A DNA stretch of 63,658 nt, the filler included, from Collodictyon triciliatum (lineage: Eukaryota): assembly GCA_043381765.1 (NCBI GenBank). It is 11 parts of 11 records of this genome, joined end to end, with 100 filler letters (N's around TTAATTAATTAA, not from the genome) between each part and the next. Parts side by side here need not be neighbours in the genome. Positions count along the whole stretch, not along the records: positions 23,586 to 29,377 come from JBHJMP010004939.1; positions 29,478 to 35,265 come from JBHJMP010004940.1; positions 35,366 to 44,622 come from JBHJMP010004941.1; 8 more parts are not named here. The stretch is one strand, 5' to 3'. Both the position numbers and the translations under genes were made by a program. The notes under the pieces were generated by a model that made no database searches, was not told the origin of the DNA, and saw only the letters and a list, made by a program, of their open reading frames with translations. Of the stretch, positions 29,144 to 42,535 are shown one piece after another; positions within the stretch are counted from its first letter, which is position 1, and every line of letters starts with the position of its first letter.

Positions 29144-29477
29144 CTATGGAAAATAAGATGCGAGTTATCATATCACTGGGTGTGAGTTCAGGAGGCTCGC
29201 TATGCAGTTTGTATGTTCAAATTTTTCTTCTCTTTTATGTCGTTGTCTTATTTTTACTTAAATTGCATTGATAGGTGTTTCTTTTTTCTTTTTTCTTTTT
29301 TCTTTTTTCTTTTTTCTTTTTTCTTTTTTCTTTTTTCTTTTTTCTTTTTTCTTTTTTCTTTTTTCTTTTTTCTTTTTNNNNNNNNNNNNNNNNNNNNNNN
29401 NNNNNNNNNNNNNNNNNNNNNTTAATTAATTAANNNNNNNNNNNNNNNNNNNNNNNNNNNNNNNNNNNNNNNNNNNN

Positions 29478-29508
29478 AAAAAACCATTAATACATCCCCA
29501 CTTTTTTG

Positions 29509-29541
<33 letters not shown>

Positions 29542-30563
29542 TCTTGCGGGTCTATCTTGTGAAACTATTCCGACTGTCTTTAAAGCGTACAAAAAATATA
29601 TATTTTTTTTCTTCATCGATTGTTGATAGTTGTGATTTCAATATGTAACATCTTGCAAACAGACAAGTGTCGGTAACCTAATTGTGACACAATAAAACCG
29701 TATCGTTGATTTTGTCATAGTCATCCGGATTCTTTACAGTCGACTCTAGAGATGTTCTCATTTCGATGGTCTGGTTTTACAGACTTTAGATTCTCAAACT
29801 CAAGACGTTTTCTATTCTTCATCTGAAAGCCTTTGTTTTACTTTTTCCTTTAGAAAGCCACCGATTTTTCAATTTTATTAAAACTTTAGTCAATCAGTCA
29901 ATCAATTAATAAAAACAACTGCATAAAATCAATTCAGCTATAATTAAGCATCTACCGAGACTCAAAATGTGCACATTGTGGCAAACAGACACACAAAGTT
30001 TTTTTATAACTGATTTGAGACAAAACGCTGGAGCCGATTCGGCGAGTTTGAAAGGACGGCCGTATATCAATTGCGACTGAAAGTCAACATATCGGCCCCA
30101 AACAAAATGGTCACCGCCGCAAGCGTGGATAGTATGCTTTTTTGAAATGCGTGTTTGGTGGCAGGTTTATAGGCTGGGTTCTGTGTGAGCCCAAGGAGCG
30201 GCTTGTTTGTAATTTTTGAATTTCAATGATAATATTGTATAATGGATAATAAAATATGAATTTATAATAGGAATAGAATGATATTATAAAGTATTTTCAA
30301 CCTTATTCTATACTAATTATACTATTACATTTTTCAGGTTCTTTCTTGGATTCATCAAAGCTCCTGCTTATGCCAACTCGGGTTTTTTTCCCTTTATTTT
30401 GTCAATCCAGATTTAATTCGATGGTTTGTCTGTGCACTAAATTGCTATATATGGGTACACTTTCGTTGTATAAAAAGTGTTGTGCCTTGACAGGGATTAA
30501 AGCGAGTTCGTCACAAACTTTGTAATGTAGTTTATCCGTTTACAGGCCGGATGAGACCGAAGA
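29478..30563 (-). mobile_element. Fanzor1 element copy 2 (left arm plus ORF 5' end; truncated at contig start)
   Basis: Reverse complement aligns with 6146-~7200. ATG at 29822 gives MKNRKRLEFENLKSVKPDHR..LRTSLESTVKNPDDYDKINDTV, with its own 2-nt deletion and a TAG stop. Confidence 0.88.
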
Positions 30564-30952
30564 AAGGAAAGAAAAATGAAAAAAAAAGAAGGAAAGATGA
30601 ACAAACGAAACGAAAAGAAAGGAAAGAAAAATGAAAAGAAAAAACAAACCTTTAGTTTTATAATTCCCCCGGTTTGGGGCGTCACAAAATTGGTTTGAAA
30701 GCAAGCAACTTCAATTGGCTTTGGGGGTAGCAAGCAGAGTCCGTGCTGGGCACACACAGTTAGAAACATGCATGACGAAAAGGGTGTTTAAGCATAGAAT
30801 ATATGCTTCAAAACGTGTCTTGTGATCGTGAGCAAAGGTTGTGCTCTGGTGCTCTGGTGCTTTTTTCTTCATTTATTTGTACCTACTTTTCTCTTTCTCG
30901 TTTCCCTCGAGTCCATTGTCTGTCACATTGATGGAATGATCCATTTTAAAGA

Positions 30953-33900
30953 ATGCCTGGTACCGAAGGCGTCCCGCTTTTGCACCGCCCTCCAATAACA
31001 AGAAAGATACGCGTGAGTAATTTGATCCTTCCCTCCAATATAATACAAGAATTAGGATATCCTTTTTTTTTATTTGCTTGAATATTCTTTCTGCCCCTCA
31101 AGATCCTCCCGAGAAAAAAAAAACATTATCAGATTAGAACATTCCAATAGTCTTTTGTAAGCAGTACAAACGATTATACTTGCTTTACTAGGCTTGCTTT
31201 TTTCTTGTTCCGTTCTTTTGTTTTTGTCTTTGTTTTTGTCTTTGTTTTTGTTTTTGTTTTTGTTTTTGTTTTGTTTTTGTTTTGTTTGCTTCTTGCTTCT
31301 TGCTTCTCTTTGCGACCTTTGCATATGTGTATATCTATGCGATCTTTACTCATGGTTCAGTGCCGTGTATAATACCAGTTTTTGCGCGATCAAGGCACAT
31401 AATTCTTGTGTGCAACAAAATAGATTGCCTATGCGTGTGGTGGCTTTGGAATCTTCCTGTACAACACGATCAAAGGGATCTTCTTTCTTGTGTTTCTGTG
31501 AGTGTTTTCGGTTATTGCGATCGCGCTTTCATAGCCAGTCCAGGAATAACCCATTATTCGTGGGTATCTCACTGGGCTCATTTTCCGATTGCATAGATGA
31601 CTTTGCTGTCCTTTGATCCACGTATCTATTTATTCAATTATTCATTCATGGTCGACACACTACCTATGATTTCAGGGCGGATGTTGCCAAGGTTGATCCT
31701 GTTGCCTCTGGCTTCATCCTTTTGTTTGGGAAGTGCATCGACGCGCTGACAGATCCTTTTGTTGGCCAGTTGAGTGACCGAACAGTGTCACGCTGGGGCC
31801 GACGTCGCCCGTGGATTATATTTGGCTCGATTCCTTTTGGTCAGTCTTCCTTTAATTAATAGCCATTCATCACACCCTTACATCTTAACCCTCCGCCGTA
31901 ACTTTCTAGTATGATAAAAAAAATTATGAGCTGATCTTGCTATTTCCCCCCCTCTCCATCTATAATTTATTGAATTATTTATTTTAAACGCAGGATTCTT
32001 TTACTTTCTGTTGTGGGTTGTTCCTTCGGATGATCCTGGAGTCAATATAGCTTACTACTTTGTCATCAGCATCATCCTGGACGCCCTTGGAACCGTTGTC
32101 TATGTCCCATACTCGTCCCTTTTGACAGATCTTGCAGATTCATATGACGAACGCACAGCGCTCACTGGGCTGCGTCAAGTTGACTTTTAATCATTATGAA
32201 ATAATAAATTGAAAATTTAAAACTGTATTATAAACATAGTTGCTTTCTTATGTATATTCTGGATAATATAATCATAGGTCTTTGGACTTCTTGGAACCAT
32301 CTTTGGCACTCTTGGACATGCTGCAATTCTGCTGGCAACTAGCAGTGGCGATACTTTGGAGGTGACTAGAGAATTGTTGTTAATATATATTGTGATATTG
32401 TGGTTCTTGTAAGATATTTTAAATATTAAGAAAAACCCCAAAGGAAGTAGAGAGAGTAGTCCGAACATTACAATTTTCCACCCGCATCGAAAACTTTCTC
32501 ACCAAATTAAATTTACAGCATACAAAAGAAGGATACCTCATTAGCGGTGTAATTTTTGGAATTTTGATCGTTATTCCCCTGCTAATTGTTGGGTTTTTCG
32601 TTGAGGAACGTCCTATGGAGCCTGATTCTATTAACGAGGTAGTAAACATTCGCTTAATACATCATGACAGAGTCTTTTACAGTCGTGAACAATGCAAAAC
32701 AATAATAATGATAATAATAACAATAACAATAACAATCAACGCGCAGCCATTCATGGATACTAATCGCATATATACAATTGTATAGAGTAAAGAGTCTCTG
32801 TCCGAATTTGCATCTCGCTTCATCTCAGAAGTAAAGTATCTGTTAAAAAACAGGGCTTATGTCATTCTCGTCGGAGTTTACCTATTTTCTTTCATGGTAA
32901 ATCAGTTCTTCCAGGTTTGTCGATTCGACAGTAACTTTAATATCATCAACATACCGGACAATTGCTGTTTTCTTTCTTAAGGGAGATATAACGTTCCGAT
33001 GTAAAATATTTTCAAATACTTTACCTTTCTAGGGTTCTTTTCTGTTATGGATCGAAAATGTACTTGAAGAGGAAAAAGGCGCGATTATTCTATTGCTGGT
33101 TGCGACTGTATGTTCTGTCGTCATCATTATAAGTGCCGCCAAAATGTCCCAAAAGTAAGTACTTTCTTCATTTTCGACAATTGATTGGTAGTTGATTCTT
33201 TTTTTTTTTATGATAATGATTGTGACTATGATAATTACAATTATTCAATTCTTTCTTTTTTCTTTAATTCTAAATTGTCAATTGTTACTGCCTCACAGGT
33301 ATGGTAAAAAGACTGCATATTTTTTCTTTTCTGGTGTCGCTTTGCCTGTTATGATGTGTACTCTGCTTGTCAAGAAAGGCCAACTCGGTGTCGTCTTGGT
33401 TATGATTCCACTCATCACCTTTAACAGTGCAACTTCCCTTCTGTTGCCATTGGCCATGGTAATTGCAATTGATTGACCTTAATGTTCAATTTTGCGTTCG
33501 TAGAAGCGTCATTTTTGAGACTCTTTTATATATATTTCAAGTTCCACTGAGGATTGCCTTACTTATAATCAGAAAATTTTCTCTATATTTTCAAGATAAA
33601 AAGGTGGAGTATCTTTGAATTATCAACTAATTTATGTAACCATTATAACCTACGATATAATTACGTGCTCGAAGCTCCCTGATGTTATTGATAAGGATGA
33701 GCTCGATTCACACGTTCGCCGTGAAGGTTCTTTCTTCTCGTTCTTTTTGATGGCCCAGAAGGTTGCCCAGGCTTTGGCTTTAGCAATTATCAACTTCTCA
33801 ATTGGCGCAGCAGGGTTAATACAAAAATTTAATAATAAAAAATCGCCCATATCTAGCGGAAGGTTTCAGATTCATACAGCGCCCAAATCATCATAACGGC

Positions 33901-34338
33901 ATATTTGAATTTTTAGGTACAAACAACCAGAGGATGATGATGAAGACGTTGATCAACCTGATGCTGTAAAGACCACCTTGCGCTTACTCGTTGGTCCGAT
34001 TCCATGCTTCTGTGGATTAATGGCATTGTCTTTGGTCCGCTTGTACCCCATCACAAAGCAGGTATGTACTTTCGCCCTATATTTTCCTTTGCGACAAAAA
34101 AATCATCGCCAGTTTATGGCCATCATGCTGTTATCTCACATCTTTCAATGTATAAAGGATGAATATATTGTAAATCCTTATGGTGTTAAAAGAATAATTG
34201 TAATTGTACATGCATTCAAACATTTTCATCATCTATGGCTCGCATGTTCGATAAATAATATTAAACTGGTGAACTCACTAGGTGGCCGAGGATGTTAAAG
34301 TCCAACTTGCTCAACGCCAGGAGTTAGCCCAGCACTAA
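30953..34338 (+). CDS. MFS_2 / GPH-family (MelB/MFSD2-like) transporter, multi-exon
   Basis: IAYACGGFG, GKCIDALTDPFVGQLSDRTVSRWGRRRPWIIFGSIP, YVPYSSLLTDLADSYDERTALTGLR, MLPDVIDKDELDSHVRREGSFFS, YPITK. Confidence 0.93.
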
Positions 34339-34955
34339 GGCACCTCATCGTTATGATGCATATGTGGTAAATACCCTCACGTACTGGTCCAGATCGATAC
34401 TTGCCACGAAACGCCGTGGGTCATCCTCTCGTGTGTCTTTCGATTGCGTGTGCCATGGGATGAACTATGGGCAAAAGTCTCATTTGCAATAAATTGCATC
34501 ATACCAATTTCAAAGTCATAACATAATATCGTTTCATGTGATGAAATTCTAGACAGACCAACCGAGACAATTCATATCTCTAGTTTTTTCTTCTTTGTGG
34601 TCTGTTAACAACTCTGCCTTGGCTCGGTACGGTCTCTTCTAAGACTAAAACCTGCCCAGTGCGAGATTCGCTTTGGTGGAAAACAATCATCACACAACCA
34701 CACATGCGTAGACTTTGTATCTCCTCGTAGAACTATTGCGAGATTCACCAGATAATTCGTGTTTGAGCGTGCCCATCTAATAGCTTAGGATGTTTGCTGG
34801 TCGCGATGATAGTCTATCGGGTTGCGAAGTTTATTATCTTCATATTCATTTTATTCAATTGGCTCCTAATCCAGGTGTTGGATTAGTACATATATGGACA
34901 ACTGCTTCCTATCCGATGAAGAGGGGTAGTTCCGGAGTGGAGAGTAAGAACCCAA

Positions 34956-35069
34956 TCATTCCGCCCCGTTCTGCCTGGCTAGGATGAATTCTTTCTCGCA
35001 CTTCAGAATCCAAGGATGCTTCAGAATGTTGTCAAGGGACAAACGTCGCTCCGGTTCAATAACCAACAA
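34956..35069 (-). CDS. Last exon of a Ser/Thr protein kinase (Aurora/CAMK-like subdomain XI)
   Basis: LLVIEPERRLSLDNILKHPWILK..* after an AG acceptor; the rest lies beyond the contig end. Confidence 0.75.
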   Translation of the reverse strand: MLVIEPERRLSLDNILKHPWILKCEKEFILARQNGAE

Positions 35070-35156
35070 CTAAAAGGGGACACATGACATTAGATAACGA
35101 CAAAGGTTGGCAGGACTTACGATAAATGTCTCTTGGATGAGTAGATAAGAGCTGCG

Positions 35157-35265
35157 TATGTATGTATGTATGTATGTATGTATGTATGTATGTATGTATG
35201 TATGTATGTATGTATGTATGTATGTATGTATGTATGTATGTATGTATGTATGTATGTATGTATGT
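35157..35265. repeat. (TATG)n microsatellite; similar simple repeats border nearly every contig end
   Basis: Directly visible. Confidence 0.95.
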
Positions 35266-35430
35266 NNNNNNNNNNNNNNNNNNNNNNNNNNNNNNNNNNN
35301 NNNNNNNNNTTAATTAATTAANNNNNNNNNNNNNNNNNNNNNNNNNNNNNNNNNNNNNNNNNNNNTTATCATTATCATTATCATTATCATTATCATTATC
35401 ATTATCATTATCATTATCATTATCATTATC

Positions 35431-35463
<33 letters not shown>

Positions 35464-35889
35464 TATCATGATTACTGTTCTTGCTATTGATTCAATGCGC
35501 ATTATTTTCATGTCTTTTTTTTTTCAAACGCAATAAAACTCCTATTCGAATGCTCTCAAATGATGATTCTTATGACAATACCACTTTTTTCTTTAAATAA
35601 AAATTTTTCCACACATATTTTCCTCGTCCATCATAAAATACTACTTTTTTTGAATTCACTGTAAAGGCTTTATGGAGAAACCTCGTCTTTGGATATATGA
35701 TCTGCTCCTTGTTGTGCACAACAGAAACCATTTTTGCGGTTATTTGGAGTGATGTTTGTTCCATTTTCATCGTAATTCTTTTTCTTTTAGGCATGATACA
35801 CTAAAGCCCGTTAATACTGAATCCATTCATCCATCTGATTCATAAGCAATACATAAAAATCTAAACAGCGACAATTTAAATTCCGTATC

Positions 35890-37143
35890 TTATTTGCAGG
35901 CTGATTATGTGTTATTTACACAATGCGTCCCAATATTTTGGCTCATCTTTGGGATGTCATTGATGAAGTGTGTATTATTGAGCCGGAAGCTATGGGGATA
36001 TTTCCTAGTAGCTGATTTTGTGAGCTTTTTGATAATACGTCATTTTCTGACTGCTAAATCTCCACTGACAGGTTATTCAACAAAACGAAGCAAAATATAC
36101 ATGACAGACCGAATATTAGAATGATATTTACTACAAAAGGGAAAGAAACTATACGAATGTGGAATTCGCACACTCATAATTTTTCTCTTTCTATTAGGGG
36201 TGTACTTGGGACTTGTTCTCATGGCATTTCTTGTTCACTTCTTACTGCCCAGCATAGCCGGGATAATCTCTTCCCTGTTCAGCTTATCTACTGCTATTCT
36301 GGTCGGCTTCACATGCTTCGAGCAAGTTAATCAAAGAAGTGGCAGGGGAACCCATTTTGTAAGAATTTCAATTAGCCCATAAAGATGACACCGTGTAACA
36401 TACCAAATCAGTTTGCAAATCATTAATCGAATAACTTGGTGAGAAAAGGAGGACGCTGTATATATCATGACATCAACGCTGTTTTTTTCGTCATGTTCAT
36501 GGTTTTTCTTTGACCAATTGAGCTCTATTCGTAAAAAGGTCATCTTTCTATATTACGTTTAACAAATTTTCCTTCAAGGATGCTATCACAAGTGTGCCAT
36601 TCTTCAACTAAAAAAGTGCTCTTTTGGAATGCATGTATTCATGCATAACCCTTATTGATACAAGTATAATATTTACGACAGGGGTTTCGTGTTTTCAAAT
36701 TTGTTCGAAAGCCTTCTGCTGCGTCATTTCAATCCGCAAGTGACAATATCCAATCAACATCATCTGTTCCGACGTCAATATGGAGTGCAGACGAGATATT
36801 GAGCAATACAGTAAGTATATTGGTATCCCTCAAAAGCACAGTCTGGTTCCAAGCTCAAACACTCATTCTTTGGCACATGTATCTCTACGAGTGCGCATCT
36901 AATCCGCATTTCGATTCCTCAATTATAAAGGTTGCTGTTCTACTAGAAGATAATAACATTCGTATGGGAAGAGTATGTCGCATCCAAAAGAATGAAGCAG
37001 ACGTCCAGTGGTTTGAGCACATAGACGAGCAAATATACATCCTCACGCAGTCTCAGAGTCTTGTTTCGTTTCAAAGGATATTCTGTGTTGTTCAAATGAA
37101 ACACTACCAAGAAGAGCGCTGGGTTCTAAATCCCCATGAGTAA
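35890..37143 (+). pseudogene. Intronless decayed coding relic, possibly a DNA transposon
   Basis: Long protein-like frames broken by isolated stops (FCELFDNTSFSDC*ISTD..SLSIRGVLGTCSH..RDNLFPVQLI; ..GRVCRIQKNEADVQWFE..IFCVVQM..WVLNP*), with no host-style introns evident. Confidence 0.3.
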
Positions 37144-37502
37144 CAGGAAAAAGCATGTAAAAAAAAAAAGAAAGAACATTAACGATATAATCTTATCTTC
37201 TTTAGCCCTTTTACTTACTAATTGTATAAACATTTCATTTTGTGATTGCCTTTTTTTTTTTTTTTAACCATACCCATCATTTTGTATTACTATTACTTTT
37301 TTCCAAACTTTTTTTTTGTCTCTTTCTTAACACGCAAGTTTATGGCATGAAATCAATCCACCAGGAAAATAAAGGGATGGTTCATTTGTTATCACTCCTC
37401 AACTGTATCTTTTCCAGTCGTCCTCGACCCTTTCTTTGACTGGTTGTTGGATTTGCTGTTCTTTTTTTCTTTTTCCGCGGATTCTCTCGCCCTTCTTTAA
37501 AA

Positions 37503-38675
37503 CTACTGGAGATGGTCAATCAGGGCCTTGATGAAGAGAAGTTCGTCCTGCGCTTTCTGAAAGACTTCCTATATTGTGGACAAAATGCAGAATAGAGTGC
37601 ATGCAAAATGAGATATTATATTTGGTGACATACTTAAAGTAAGATTCATGTTTCATAATTCGAAGAAGAAAAAAAAGAGATAACCGGAATGAGAAAGAAA
37701 CGGGGGAAGAGAAGAGACAGGGAGAAAGAGAGAAATGATATAATAGTCAAAAGACGAAATAAAAATCAGCTGGGGCGTGCGTGGTATTCGTAGGGCGTGT
37801 AGAGCATACTTGAGGATCGACCGCAGGGCACCGAAGTACATTGGGAGATATAACCAGGGCGAGATTGCGCGTGTCCATTTTTGTGTATTTTTCATACTGC
37901 GATAGATTGATATATCAATCGACATATATCATCAGTAAAGGGGGTCTCCCTCGTCGCAAACAGAACGGTGTTATTACATGATATGATACCCGGTGAGAAT
38001 GAAATATTCAAAGTGATAATTTTTGGTCGAATCAAACGAAAGTACTTTTGCCAATTCCTGAAGGAAGCGAACGATGTATACCAAAACAGACTGGTGGCTA
38101 ACTGGGAGCTGACCAAGCAGCTATTTTTTTTAAATAAAAATATCTTTAACAAAATCACTGTGAATAGAGCATGTAATCAGACAGCCAGAAGAAATTCAAT
38201 ACGGGGGTAATTAAACAAACAATCATACCTGAATACACTTTGCTGGGTCACGGCAAGCACGAGTACATTGGTCACTAAAGTAAGTGCATTGTAAGATATA
38301 CGTATTGAGCAGTCCAAAAAAAAAAAAAAAAAAAAAAAAAGGAAAAGGAATATAAATAGGTTAGGAAAGCAATAGTTATTGAATAGGTGAACCGTACTAC
38401 AACTCTGGGATGACAACCGGTATAATCAGGTCACGGAGCCATTGTTTCAATAAGATGGCAAACACATGAGGGTCCTACGCAATGATTTATATAAGGAAAA
38501 GACCACATTAAAAGCACATGACCAGAAAAGTATGAAAATCATGATTAATTAAACATTGTATTAGGAAAATAGTTATTTCTGAGTCGACACCTTCATATTT
38601 GCATAGTTGAAGATACCACAGATAATATCACTTTTGGATTGGTCTATCAGTTCTGTGTTTGCAGCAATACTGGGC

Positions 38676-38707
<32 letters not shown>

Positions 38708-38835
38708 AAAAAATAAAAAAAATTGAAAAAAAAAAAANNNNNNNNNNNNNNNNNNNNNNNNNNNNNNNNNNNNNNNNNNNNNNNNNNNNNNNNNNNNNNN
38801 NNNNNNNNNNNNNNNNNNNNNNNNNNNNNNNNNNN

Positions 38836-38932
<97 letters not shown>

Positions 38933-41900
38933 GATGGAGGTATAGAGAGATAATTGAACTTAAATAAAAATTTGAATGCAAACCGGAAAATTCCCTCAGT
39001 TTCAAATCCTTTTCATATAGAAAAAACCAAGTCGTTATTTGGTTAGTGTATCCCATGATTATATGCGAGGTAATCATATATACATATTGGATAAGGTTAT
39101 TATACTTACCTTTATTTTGACGAATTCCTTCTATCAACTTCACCAAGAACTTGGGCACTGAGGTGATTTGCTTAGGGTCGAGGCCGTCATTGACCAATAA
39201 TTCATCTATGGTGCAGTTGAATGGATTGGGTTTCCAGGGAAGTTCCTGTGAAGAAATTACAAAATTGATGACAGCTTGGATTATCATTCAAGCGGTTGGT
39301 GTATAGAAAAACAAAATATCGTGGTAAAATTAAAGAAAATAAAGAAAAATTGGATAGGAAAATACAGGACAGAGCCGGACTTCCTCCAGTGATATGGTGC
39401 GCTTTTCATTCTTTTCTTGCTTACCAAGTCGAGTACGCGAGTATCTGGTGCAATTATTATGGTAAAGATTATGCTTCACAATTTGTATTTTGGTCTATCT
39501 GTGTCTGGTACTATAGTACCTCTAATTGGTAAGAAAAAAAACACAAAGATTTTGTGGGAAAGATTAATTAAACCAATACTTTGCGAAAGCAGCTATGGAT
39601 TCTTCTGAAACAGTGGAATATGTATCAAAAACTGTTTGTAGGTGAGATTCCAGGTCTCTTGTAGCAGGGAAAGCAAATAAGCACAAAGCCATCAGACCCC
39701 AGTATCGAACACAACTTTCTCTATTTGCAGTTTTGAGTTATTCTCATTTATTCTTTGTACAAGTATCCAATTTGGGATTACTACAGGTATGATAATTCTG
39801 GTTCATATACGTATAAATATATTTTTTTTTAAAAAAAAAGAAGAAACATACACGCTCGGATTCTCAGTAATTTGTTTGCAGAGCTGAAGAAAAATTTCGT
39901 CTCTGCTTTCTGGAGTTGTACATCCTATGTTCACCACCTCAAGGCCCGCCCTAAGAAAAATACGGACCGTTTATTATCAAAAAAACAAAAACAAAAACAA
40001 AAACAAAAACAAAAACAAAAACAAAAACAAAAACAAAAACAAAAACAAAAACAAAAACAAAAAAACAAAAAAAACAAAACAGAGTTCCAATCAACAAATT
40101 AAGTGCCTCTGCATATTACATACATACAACATAAGTCATTGTATATTGATGTTATATACAATTATTCACTACCGTTCCATATTTAGACCTTTCATATCTC
40201 CTGAAAACACAAGGAGAGCTAAATAGGAAAACAATCCCATGAGGGGAAGATTCATGTCTTACTGTAGCATAGTAGAATGAGCTATATATTCTCATGTGGT
40301 ACATACATTTGGATATTTTTGGCGCTAGGCGTTCGTTCTGTTTTGTAGATTTCAGCAATGATGCATTCAAGGGTTCCTGTTTACAAAAACATATAGTTTT
40401 TTAAAGAAAAAAAAAACAAACTATAGGGCGATGTAAAAATCTTTGTGAAAGAAAAGAACTGTATTTCCTTTCTTTTTTTTTTTCGATTAAAAATAAAGAA
40501 ATATAAAATTGATCATTCATGAATTAGATGATTGGAAACCTTGCTATGTGTCATGTACTGGCGAAGAGGAACATTTCTCCTGAAAACGCCTTTCTTATGG
40601 TTCTAGATTGCGAGTTAATATCTTACTTAGGTCTTGAAGATTAGAATATATATAAGATAAGAATTCGTAATTTAACGAATCAATACCGAAAAATGCTTTC
40701 GGACAAACTCAGTTTCTTGGAATTTGTTGATGTCGATGATGAGTGCCATAGGTAAACTTCTGGGCCTGAAATATACAGGGAAATGAATGTTATAAGACAA
40801 ATAGTTTCCCTCTATATTGCTTTGTTTANNNNNNNNNNNNNNNNNNNNNNNNNNNNNNNNNNNNNNNNNNNNNNNNNNNNNNNNNNNNNNNNNNNNNNNN
40901 NNNNNNNNNNNNNNNNNNNNNNNNNNNNNNNNNNNNNNNNNNNNNNNNNNNNNNNNNNNNNNNNNNNNNNNNNNNNNNNNNNNNNNNNNNNNNNNNNNNN
41001 NNNNNNNNNNNNNNNNNNNNNNNNNNNNNNNNNNNNNNNNNNNNNNNNNNNNNNNNNNNNNNNNNNNNNNNNNNNNNNNNNNNNNNNNNNNNNNNNNNNN
41101 NNNNNNNNNNNNNNNNNNNNNNNNNNNNNNNNNNNNNNNNNNNNNNNNNNNNNNNNNNNNNNNNNNNNNNNNNNNNNNNNNNNNNNNNNNNNNNNNNNNN
41201 NNNNNNNNNNNNNNNNNNNNNNNNNNNNNNNNNNNNNNNNNNNNNNNNNNNNNNNNNNNNNNNNNNNNNNNNNNNNNNNNNNNNNNNNNNNNNNNNNNNN
41301 NNNNNNNNNNNNNNNNNNNNNNNNNNNNNNNNNCGAAGCGGCCTCTTTTGTTCGAGAGGTTTCTTTGGTGGTGGTATCTTGACTATGTTCATCCTCGTCT
41401 CCATTCCCATCTTCGTCCTCTCCATACGAGACCAACGAGCCAGAGGATTTTACAGTCGTCTGGAAATTTCTTTGTAATTTAGACGTAATACCGTACATGG
41501 TTTGATAAAAAAAATAAAGAAAAAGAGAAAAAGTGAAGGGGATCTTTCCTTTATTTCAAACTTTGGACTAATATTTATCATGAGGGACTAAAGAGAAGGA
41601 AAAAAAGGAGACCTACCTTACTGGTTGGAACTTGTTTATTGTCACCCGATTTTTTTGAATCTGAAGTTTGTAACTTTGTAGAAGGAGTGGATGATTGTAC
41701 TCCTTTTTTTGCTTCTATGAAACTTGCTAATGCCTATAAGTATGATAATCGTTAAGATTCAGTATAAATACGACACCCATTACTAAACCAGACTCAGAGA
41801 CATCCATAGCCCGAAAAGGCCATATGTATGGTCAATTTTTAATTAATATAAGGAATTATTCAAAAATATTGCATTGCATTATATTATATTGTAATGGATA

Positions 41901-42535
41901 AAAGAACAAGAGTTCATATATCAGAATGACCATCAAAAAGTCACCACATGTGTCAGAATATTTTAACGAGACTGCATGAGTATTATGAAGCCCCCCCATT
42001 TAACAACCATTCACCTGCTTATGTGACGCCTTTGCAGCATGGGTCACCCAGGATGTATGATTTTTAACTTGTACACTACAAACAACGCACATGTAATGTC
42101 CCATCGCATTCTTCCTGTTTTGGTGGAAGGAAATGTAAGAAAAAGCTCGTGCATGAACCTCCTCTGCACGAATAAATACGCCAGATGTTAGGACTTTTAC
42201 TAATAACAAGAAGAGGAAAACTGCCAGGAAACTCAGTCCTATGCTTACATAAGCCCCGAGTGCTCATATTTTGTCAAGTGTATCAACCATGTGAATAACG
42301 CCAGAATTTGACACGGCTTTCATTCACTTTACTAAAGTCTCATCGCATGCTCAGATTAAAGATTTTCTGAAATGCATCAAATGTATAAGCAGGCTCGAGA
42401 ATAAACCAAGTTGAAGAGGCGGACATACTTCAAAAGAGGATTGGACTCGAGTTGAGGATCCGCTAGCTGCTCTGCTTTCTGTCTAAGCATGGCGCGCATG
42501 TCTGGCCGGGGGGTGATTTTCTGTTGAGACGCCAT
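37503..42535 (-). CDS. MyTH4 + RhoGAP protein (ARHGAP39-like architecture)
   Basis: MyTH4: EPLNASLLK, PESRDEIFLQLCKQITENPS, YWGLMALCLFAFP. RhoGAP: VPKFLVKLIEGI, GFETEGIFR, LLKQWLRDL, KMDTRNLALVISPNVLR. Spans two internal N gaps; assignment of the 5' exons is tentative. Confidence 0.88.

Noticed and set aside
40783-41498. ~200-aa ORFs across N gaps (also 58793-59487) and low-complexity ORFs over microsatellites
   Set aside because: Artefacts of N runs and simple repeats.
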